A DNA stretch of 64,000 bases from a virus (taxonomy: Duplodnaviria; Caudoviricetes), in the IMG/VR virus record IMGVR_UViG_3300028197_000002; one strand, given 5' to 3'. This document shows, one piece after another, positions 57,129-64,000 of this stretch; the first letter of the stretch is position 1, and each line of letters starts with the position of its first letter. Both the position numbers and the translations under genes were made by a program. The notes under the pieces were generated by a model, which worked only from the letters and a program-made list of their open reading frames with translations, had not been told where the DNA came from and did not search any database.

Positions 57129-57850
57129 AAATTAAGCCTTACATATTTAACTATTGTAGATATTTTGAATCTTTTGATCTTTTGAATAGTTTCGAGTCAA
57201 AAGGATTAGAGGCAAAAGTTATAGATTGTTATTGCCAAAACAACTCTGATGTCCTGAAAAAATTGAGCTTTGAAAATAAACGAGTAATTTCTTTGCCTAA
57301 TGTTGGTTATTCTGGTCAATGGAATGCAATGTTAAATGACTTGAATGGTGAAGATGAAGTTGTTTTGTTGATTAATTCCGATGTGCAAATTTTGAATTTA
57401 GATCTTCTGTTGGAAAGAATGGAAAGGTTTTATTCAATTGAAAATTCTGGCATTTACGCTCCAAATGTTAATTGGACAAGTTGGACTTTTTTAAAAAAAA
57501 GTCTTGATAAGTTTGAAGACTTTCACATAGTTCCAGCCACAGATAGTATGATTTGGAGTTTAAGAAAAGACATTGCTTTTAAAGTTGGAGAAGTTGATCT
57601 TAGTGTCAATAAGTGGGGATGGGGAATAGAAGTTGTTGCTTCTTATTTGTGCAATATAGAAAATAAACTTGTTGTTAGAGATTACGAAGTTCTTTGCAAA
57701 CATCCCAGAAACACTTCGTATTCTAATACTGCATCTAGAATTCAAATGGACAATTGGTTCGACTCTTTTGAGTTCTCAGAAGATCTTTGGAAGCACTTTT
57801 ACTCTAGAAATAATTATGGATTTAAGAGTGGAGGAATTACTCTTCTATAA
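57125..57850 (+). CDS. Glycosyltransferase-like protein
   Basis: GYSGQWN, LINSDV, WGWGIE. Confidence 0.6.
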   Translation: MKIKPYIFNYCRYFESFDLLNSFESKGLEAKVIDCYCQNNSDVLKKLSFENKRVISLPNVGYSGQWNAMLNDLNGEDEVVLLINSDVQILNLDLLLERMERFYSIENSGIYAPNVNWTSWTFLKKSLDKFEDFHIVPATDSMIWSLRKDIAFKVGEVDLSVNKWGWGIEVVASYLCNIENKLVVRDYEVLCKHPRNTSYSNTASRIQMDNWFDSFEFSEDLWKHFYSRNNYGFKSGGITLL

Positions 57851-57991
57851 AACTTTACTAGCATAAGCATTGCGCAAGGTAACTAAAAAATTCCAAGAAA
57901 ACGCAACAATTAAAAAGATATAGCTAAAGCCAAAGATCAATACGACAAAAGTTAAAATAAAAATAAATTGTGCTGGAATAGTTGGGATCAT
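57845..57991 (-). CDS. 48-aa membrane peptide
   Basis: ATG at 57991 just after the methyltransferase stop; long hydrophobic helix. Confidence 0.5.
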   Translation of the reverse strand: MIPTIPAQFIFILTFVVLIFGFSYIFLIVAFSWNFLVTLRNAYASKVL

Positions 57992-57999
57992 AACACAAT

Positions 58000-58935
58000 T
58001 TAATTTTTTTCTAATACAAAATCCACAAAACACATTTCCATTTGCATTTCTGGAAAACTGTTCATTTCGAATTTTTTAAGTATCTTGCTTTTAAATATGG
58101 AATTATTTTTGAAAAAGTCTTCTACTTTTTCTTTTTCTATGTTTTCTGAAATTATTTTCATTTTACATTGTTCTACTAATTCTTTATAGGTGCTAACAGG
58201 CCGATAAACTTCAAGAGAGTTATCTATTTCCACACCCAGTTCTTCCATTTCTTTTTGATTTAATACAAGATGAGCAAAGGCTTTATTTAGTTTTCTGTAT
58301 ATATGTCCACCATGTCTTGAACACCAAGGATGAAAACGTATGTGTATTTTTCCATTGGGTTTAAGCAAGCTTTTTGCTGTTGATATTAAATCTATTGGAT
58401 GTATTTCTTCTATATGATCTATAACATCGTAAATTAGAATTGTATCATAAGGAGCATTTTTCTTAACTTTGTCCTTATCTCTTGTCAAAAGAAAATTTTT
58501 ATTTTCTTGTTCCCAATTTAATTGTCCTTTTTGGTGCAGATCATATCCTACGGCAAAGGAAGCTTTTTCATTTGAAGCGGCAAGCACAGTGTGTCCTTCG
58601 CCACAGCCAATATCTAGAAACTTTTTTCCAACAAGTTCATCATCTACGAAAAAGTTAACAATTCCTTCTGCTCGCTCAAGCTTATCTTCTTCTGAATCTT
58701 CATCTAATATTTGATAGTGACCGATAGCTTCAGGCCAATCGGAAGAGTTTAATAGATCTAAGATAGACGTTTCTTCAGGAGGATTTTCTACTATGGAAGC
58801 GCCTTGAATAACAACGTTTTCTTCCTCTATACATCTTTCTAAGAGATCAAGATTTTTGTCTAAAATATTTATTTTTTGTCTAATATCGGTGATGTTATTT
58901 TTTGTTAAGTATATTAAGTTTAATATTTCTTCCAT
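58000..58935 (-). CDS. Class I SAM-dependent methyltransferase with N-terminal coiled coil
   Basis: FLDIGCGEG, YDVIDHI, PWCSRHGGH. Confidence 0.88.
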   Translation of the reverse strand: MEEILNLIYLTKNNITDIRQKINILDKNLDLLERCIEEENVVIQGASIVENPPEETSILDLLNSSDWPEAIGHYQILDEDSEEDKLERAEGIVNFFVDDELVGKKFLDIGCGEGHTVLAASNEKASFAVGYDLHQKGQLNWEQENKNFLLTRDKDKVKKNAPYDTILIYDVIDHIEEIHPIDLISTAKSLLKPNGKIHIRFHPWCSRHGGHIYRKLNKAFAHLVLNQKEMEELGVEIDNSLEVYRPVSTYKELVEQCKMKIISENIEKEKVEDFFKNNSIFKSKILKKFEMNSFPEMQMEMCFVDFVLEKN

Positions 58936-58951
58936 TTTACTACTTTATTTT

Positions 58952-59407
58952 ATGAATAGTTACAATAGCTTTATAACAGACAATGAGGCCTATAGACATA
59001 TATTAGTTAATATCGTAAAAAACTTGAGCCATATTCAGGTTTTAAACTCCAAGCTAGTAACGTCAGGCCGTGCTGTCGCTCATCTTATGAATTTTAAAAA
59101 TTATAAAAATTTAAATATTGGCGAATGCTTTTTTGATTCTGTTATGATTTCCTTAGAAGAAATAGATGACGACTGGCCCAAAAATATTTTTGTGATAAGT
59201 GATAATCTTAAAAAAAACCAAAGCCAGATTCAGCAATGGTTGAATTTTGAAAAACAGATGTGTGTTTTTGAGGATTATGCAAACTTTTATATTTTTACAA
59301 ATGAAAATGTAAAATTTGATCACCCAAGACTGAAAGTTTTTGATTTAAGTGATTCTGAAGATGAAATTTATAAAATTTTAAAAGAGGAGGATGTTTTTAA
59401 TGGTTAG
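58952..59407 (+). CDS. Hypothetical protein
   Basis: Start reassigned to avoid overlap with the divergent methyltransferase. Confidence 0.65.
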   Translation: MNSYNSFITDNEAYRHILVNIVKNLSHIQVLNSKLVTSGRAVAHLMNFKNYKNLNIGECFFDSVMISLEEIDDDWPKNIFVISDNLKKNQSQIQQWLNFEKQMCVFEDYANFYIFTNENVKFDHPRLKVFDLSDSEDEIYKILKEEDVFNG

Positions 59408-60194
59408 TGTAAAAACTGTGAAACCTATAGCTATATCTCCTTTTTCAAAAAGCAGAGTTGATATCATCATACCTTTTCACTCTCAATATGATAAAGTTAC
59501 TTCTTTAGTAAAAAGCATATTGTTTTCTGTTAAAAGCAATCCTTATCAAATAACTTTGGTAGATGATTGTTCTGATAACAAAGATTTTCACAAGGAGATT
59601 CATAATCAATTTAAGCCTGAAGAAAGAAGTATATTTAAACCTATTGTTCGTTGTATAAGAAATGAAAAACAACTGGGATTTGGAGGTTCTCTGCAAGCTG
59701 GGTTCGAAAACACAAGCTTGCCTTGGGTTCTTTTCATGCACTCTGATTGTTTTGTAGAAGATCCTAATTTCATGCTAGAGATGGGCAGGTCTTTACTAAG
59801 TTGGAGAGATCAAAAGGTTCCTGTTAAAATGGTTTCTGCTTGTTCTAATAATTCAGGTGATTGTTCTCTTGCTAAAAAAGATAAAAAAGATGTTGAAGGA
59901 AAAGATTTGATATTAGAAGAAGGTTCTCTACCTTTGTTTTGTTCAATGTGTCATAGAGATCTGTTTGGACATATACAAGGGTTCATAAAGCCTTATCCTT
60001 ATGCTTGGTATGAAGGTGAAGAGCTTGCTTTTAGAATGAAGAGATTTAGATTTCAACAAGGCGTTTCAGGAAAGTCTTGGATTAGACATCAAGGAGCAGC
60101 AACAATTAAATATCTTTGGAAAAAAGATAAAACTGGCGAAATTAAAAAAATAATGGAGCAGAATAGAGAACTTTGCATACAGGACATGAAATAG
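59400..60194 (+). CDS. Glycosyltransferase family 2
   Basis: VDIIIPF, LVDDCS, GFGG, FMHSDC. Confidence 0.85.
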   Translation: MVSVKTVKPIAISPFSKSRVDIIIPFHSQYDKVTSLVKSILFSVKSNPYQITLVDDCSDNKDFHKEIHNQFKPEERSIFKPIVRCIRNEKQLGFGGSLQAGFENTSLPWVLFMHSDCFVEDPNFMLEMGRSLLSWRDQKVPVKMVSACSNNSGDCSLAKKDKKDVEGKDLILEEGSLPLFCSMCHRDLFGHIQGFIKPYPYAWYEGEELAFRMKRFRFQQGVSGKSWIRHQGAATIKYLWKKDKTGEIKKIMEQNRELCIQDMK

Positions 60195-61085
60195 ATGAAA
60201 GCGTTAGTTACTGGTGGAGCTGGATTTATAGGAAGTCATATTGTTGATTTACTTATAGAATCTGGCCATGAAGTAATCGTTTTAGACAATTTGTCTTCAG
60301 GTAAAATAGAAAATTTAAATAAAAAAGCCAAGTTTGTTGAAATGGATCTTCTATCAGATCAAATTGTTTGGAACGACGGAAGGTCAAAGTATTTTGAAGA
60401 CGTAGATGCAGTCTTTCATGTAGCAGCAATGCCTAGAGTTCAGCCATCTATTGAAGATCCTTTGGGTTCAAATAGACAGAATGTTGAAGCCACTTTGAGA
60501 GTTTTGGAATATTGTAGAAAAAACAACGTAAGAAGGTTTGTTTTTAGTTCTTCTAGTAGCGTTTACGGTGACGCTGAGAAGCTTCCTACGGACGAATTGT
60601 GTGCAATATGCCCAATGAGTCCATATGCTCTTCAAAAGCTTGTAGGAGAGCAGTATTGTAATCTATATGGCAAGTTATATGATTTGGAGACAGTCTGCCT
60701 TAGATATTTTAATGTCTATGGAGAAAGGATGTCGGATGATGACTTGGCATATTCAACAGTAGTAAGTGTTTTTAATAAGCAAAAAGAACAAGGATTGCCT
60801 CTTACTATAAACGGCACAGGAGAACAACGCCGAGATTTTATTTATGTTAAAGATGTTGCAAGAATGAATTTGATAGCAATGGAGCATAAAGATTTAGGAA
60901 ATGGAGAAGTTGTCAATGTTGGCTCAGGCAAAAATTATTCTGTAAATCAAATAGCTGAAAATTTCAATTCCGAAGTCATCTACAGACCAGTTGTTTTAGA
61001 GCCAAAGGAAACTTTGTCTTGTGTAGATAAAGCAAAGTCTTTCGGGTGGAATCCAACAGTGGATTTAATGGATTGGTTGAAATGA
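60195..61085 (+). CDS. NAD-dependent nucleotide-sugar epimerase/dehydratase
   Basis: VTGGAGFIGSH, SSSSVYG, SPYALQK, LRYFNVYG, RDFIYVKD. Confidence 0.93.
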   Translation: MKALVTGGAGFIGSHIVDLLIESGHEVIVLDNLSSGKIENLNKKAKFVEMDLLSDQIVWNDGRSKYFEDVDAVFHVAAMPRVQPSIEDPLGSNRQNVEATLRVLEYCRKNNVRRFVFSSSSSVYGDAEKLPTDELCAICPMSPYALQKLVGEQYCNLYGKLYDLETVCLRYFNVYGERMSDDDLAYSTVVSVFNKQKEQGLPLTINGTGEQRRDFIYVKDVARMNLIAMEHKDLGNGEVVNVGSGKNYSVNQIAENFNSEVIYRPVVLEPKETLSCVDKAKSFGWNPTVDLMDWLK

Positions 61086-61915
61086 AATTTTTAACTGCTT
61101 ATTATAATCCGTGTAAATATAAAAGTAAAAAATATAATTACTTAAAATTTAGAAAAGACATTGAAGATCAAAATTTAGAATTGATTACTTTAGAAATTTC
61201 TAATACTGATGACTATGAAATTCACGATAGTTACAAATTCAAAGGAGATCCTTTTTTATGGCAAAAAGAATTTCTTTTAAGTAAGGCTTTAGACATTTTC
61301 CCTAACGAAGAAAAATTTACTTGGTTGGATTGTGATATAATTTTTGAAAATAAAAAATGGCATGAAGGATTAGAAAATAAATTAGAAGATTATGACGTCA
61401 TTCAGTTGTTCGAAGATGTTAATTTCTTAAGAAAAAATAAAACAATAGAAAAAAAATTTAAATCTTGCATATTTGAATATCATAACAATGATATGTTCAA
61501 ACGCGGGTATCCAAATCAAGGCCATCCCGGATTTGCTTGGGCTGCTAAAAGAAAGTATGTTAATTTTTATAAAAAAAATTTTTCATTTAGTGGAGATGTT
61601 GTTTTTTGCTCTTCTCTAATAAAAGATTTTTGGATAATAAATTCTTGGAAAATTCCTTTTAAGTTGAAAGAAGATATTTTAGATTGGTGTGTTTTAAACA
61701 ATTCTAATTTAAAGCTTACCAATCTATCGGGATCTATAAATCATTTGTATCATGGTTCTTGGAAGGATAGGCAGTATCCAAGTAGAGTTTCGATTATAAA
61801 CAAATACAAGGAGATAGAAGTTGATGATTTTTTGAAATGTAAAAATGAAAAGGTCCGTTTAGATTTTATTAATTTTATGAAGAAAAGACATGAGGACGGA
61901 ATTTACTTTTTATAA
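61082..61915 (+). CDS. Glycosyltransferase-like protein
   Basis: LWQKE, TWLDCD (DxD), GFAWA, HLYHG. Confidence 0.6.
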   Translation: MKFLTAYYNPCKYKSKKYNYLKFRKDIEDQNLELITLEISNTDDYEIHDSYKFKGDPFLWQKEFLLSKALDIFPNEEKFTWLDCDIIFENKKWHEGLENKLEDYDVIQLFEDVNFLRKNKTIEKKFKSCIFEYHNNDMFKRGYPNQGHPGFAWAAKRKYVNFYKKNFSFSGDVVFCSSLIKDFWIINSWKIPFKLKEDILDWCVLNNSNLKLTNLSGSINHLYHGSWKDRQYPSRVSIINKYKEIEVDDFLKCKNEKVRLDFINFMKKRHEDGIYFL

Positions 61916-62614
61916 AAAAAACATTTTTTTATATTCGTCATTTCTTTTTAAAAAACTTTTTATTTTTACTTTATTTGTTGAACAAATCCACATTTCAGAG
62001 TCAAAACGAACTTCCCAAGGTACTTCTAGCCTATTTTTTTTAATTTCTGGTTTTTCTATTTTCTTTATGTAGTGAGAATTTGTCCACCAAAAATTTACTG
62101 GTATGAATTTTTCGTCATCTTTTTTTAGGCATACTATATCGTTTTTATTCAAATGATTCATGCAAGTTTTGTAATTTTTTATTAGAAAATATTTTGCCCA
62201 ATATCTGGTGTATTTGTAAGATTTTTTTACCTCTGAAAAACTTTTGTAGTTTCTTTTTGGATAGTTATTTTTAAAATAATGCTCATCTTTTTTCCATCTT
62301 TTTAGATTTAAAGAAACGCCTTTTGTGTGAAAGTAAAGTAGTTTAAAGTTTTTCTCTGAAGCTACACAGTCTTCGTAGAGCATTTTTAACGTTGGCATTT
62401 CATAGTTTTTTAATTTTCCTAATTCATAAAAATTTACTTTAGGCATTGATTTTAAATAATCAATATATTTGCTAGAAAAATCTTGATCGCTTACACAACC
62501 TATTTTAATTTCATTACAATCTTTATAAATTTCTGATCTTAGAATGCAATTGAAAAATGATTTGGTGATACCTTCCCAGTTATTTATTTTTGCTAAGTGA
62601 TAGTATATTTTCAT
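61910..62614 (-). CDS. Glycosyltransferase-like hypothetical protein
   Basis: YEMPTL, LYFHTKG, NFWW, SEMW motifs typical of GT-associated viral ORFs. Confidence 0.5.
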   Translation of the reverse strand: MKIYYHLAKINNWEGITKSFFNCILRSEIYKDCNEIKIGCVSDQDFSSKYIDYLKSMPKVNFYELGKLKNYEMPTLKMLYEDCVASEKNFKLLYFHTKGVSLNLKRWKKDEHYFKNNYPKRNYKSFSEVKKSYKYTRYWAKYFLIKNYKTCMNHLNKNDIVCLKKDDEKFIPVNFWWTNSHYIKKIEKPEIKKNRLEVPWEVRFDSEMWICSTNKVKIKSFLKRNDEYKKMFFL

Positions 62615-62633
62615 TAGTTACTATTTTTAATTT

Positions 62634-64000
62634 ATGAGATATTTTGGAATTAACATAGGTCATGATGCTTCTTTAGTTGGTTTAGATGAGAATGGAAAAG
62701 TTTTTTTTCATGCTCAAGCTGAAAGATATCAAGAAAGACAAAAAAATCATTGTGATAATTTATCTCCTATATTTAGTTCTTTTAATATTAGTTTTAAAAA
62801 AGATGATTTTGTCGTTATTTGTCCTGCTTTTTTAAGAACGACACCAGAAGAAGAAAAAACCTATGCCTTAAAAGAATATGATGAGTGTTTAATTAGAAGG
62901 TGTGATGAAAATTATGCAAAAAAAAGAATAGGTAATTCTAATTTAATTCCAAATTTAGTAATAGATCATCATTTTGCACACGCTCTTTCTTCTTGGTTTT
63001 TTAGAGAAGATGATGAAGAAAAATTTTTCATATCTTATGATGGATGTGGTCCATGGGCTGATGAGCATAAGCCTTATAAATCTTCATTAGCAGGAAATAT
63101 AAGTTCTGAAAATTTCTCAATACAATATGATCATGAAAAAATTCCTTCTAGTATGCCTTTCAATCATTTGTTAGGAAAATACTCAGCTGGAAAACTAATG
63201 GGTTTAGCTGGTCATCTTCCTCAAAGCAAAGATAAATTAACTCATGAAGAGTTTATTAAATGGATGGATCTTACTGCAAGTTCTAACTTTATTCATGGAA
63301 GAGTTTTCCCCACACTTGAAAATTCAACGGAAGATTTTTTAGCGTTATCTGCTAAGATTTATAATCATTATATGAATTTTATATGGATTAAATTAAAACA
63401 AAACATAGAAAAGTTTTCTCAAGGAAAAGGTGTTCTAATAGGAGGAGGAACAGCGTTAGCTTTGGAAACAAATACCAAAATTTATAATTTAAGTAAAAAT
63501 TTGACTTTTGGACCTGCTGTTGATGATAGTGGTTTGGCGTTGGGCGCAGCTTCTTTTGCTTATTTCCACATTAATAAAAAGTGGCCAAGTTCAATTTCAA
63601 CTCCTAATTTAAATAACAATGCAAAAAAAAATGTTTCCTTTGGTCCGCAAGATCCACAAGAAATAGCAAATTTGTTATTTAAAAATAAAACCATAGGTCT
63701 TATTAGAGGAAAATCAGAAATTGGCCCTCGTGCTTTAGGTTTTAGATCAATTCTTTCACAGGCATCCGAGTACAAAAATCTGAAAAAAGTATCTCAAGTT
63801 TTAAAAGGTAGAGAGTATTATCGTCCTTTGGCTCCTATTGTAACTTCTGATCACTTTGAAAAATATTTTGTTGGGCCTAAAGGAAAATATATGCAATATA
63901 AGTGCATGTGTAACAAAATTTGTCAAGAAGATCTGCCTGCTATTGTTCACAAAGACTTATCGGCTAGGCCTCAAGTGGTATATAAAGAACAAGATCCTTG
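62634..64000 (+). CDS. O-carbamoyltransferase (NodU/CmcH/TobZ family), 3'-truncated by window edge; absent from the ORF track
   Basis: Open frame read manually: GHDAS, AERY, DHHFAHA, YDG, GKLMGLA, DDSGLALGA, EIGPRALGFRSIL, REYYRPLAP, PAIVHKDLSARPQ. Confidence 0.92.
   Translation, partial: MRYFGINIGHDASLVGLDENGKVFFHAQAERYQERQKNHCDNLSPIFSSFNISFKKDDFVVICPAFLRTTPEEEKTYALKEYDECLIRRCDENYAKKRIGNSNLIPNLVIDHHFAHALSSWFFREDDEEKFFISYDGCGPWADEHKPYKSSLAGNISSENFSIQYDHEKIPSSMPFNHLLGKYSAGKLMGLAGHLPQSKDKLTHEEFIKWMDLTASSNFIHGRVFPTLENSTEDFLALSAKIYNHYMNFIWIKLKQNIEKFSQGKGVLIGGGTALALETNTKIYNLSKNLTFGPAVDDSGLALGAASFAYFHINKKWPSSISTPNLNNNAKKNVSFGPQDPQEIANLLFKNKTIGLIRGKSEIGPRALGFRSILSQASEYKNLKKVSQVLKGREYYRPLAPIVTSDHFEKYFVGPKGKYMQYKCMCNKICQEDLPAIVHKDLSARPQVVYKEQDP

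Noticed and set aside
6720-63775. Numerous short antisense or overlapping ORFs in the track (e.g. 6720-6905, 9767-9967, 17566-17865, 34014-34298, 50059-50412, 50460-50873, 63560-63775)
   Set aside because: They fully overlap well-supported genes on the other strand or frame and lack RBSs or motifs.

Overview
AT-rich, densely coding 64-kb segment that reads as part of a large (jumbo/huge) tailed phage genome in genetic code 11. The evidence is T4-type late promoter motifs (TATAAATA), host sigma70-type promoters, Shine-Dalgarno sites, a tail-fibre/virion gene block and T4 internal-protein-like N-termini. Contents in order: (1) a DNA polymerase III alpha (DnaE) split into two genes 3.5 kb apart with no intein, flanking an AAA+ ATPase and two antisense late genes, one with a huge Asp/Met tract; (2) a DHH phosphoesterase, two GT9-like paralogs, ribosomal protein bS21, an RHH regulator and peptide deformylase; (3) dCMP deaminase and a four-gene virion/tail-fibre block; (4) IF3, IscA, GroES, DnaJ, a degenerate dUTPase, GT2, RfbC-like epimerase, a signal-peptide caspase-like protease, ClpP and PhoH; (5) a 1.1-kaa virion protein; (6) an RfbB-like dehydratase, a metallophosphoesterase, a sigma factor, a candidate CsrA-binding small RNA, UDP-galactopyranose mutase, HNH, HhH and a Dda/RecD-like helicase; (7) a terminal glycan-tailoring cluster (sulfotransferase, GDP-fucose synthase, methyltransferase, glycosyltransferases, epimerase, NodU/CmcH-type carbamoyltransferase running off the end). 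No tRNA, rRNA, CRISPR array or transposase was seen. A Planctomycetota host is a weak inference only. The most notable observations are the intein-less split DnaE with a duplicated junction segment, a two-hairpin CsrA-sponge-like sRNA, apparently leaderless late genes alongside phage IF3/bS21/PDF, a family of capsid-targeting-sequence proteins, and the glycan-decoration cluster. All family assignments are from motif recognition by eye, not from database searches.
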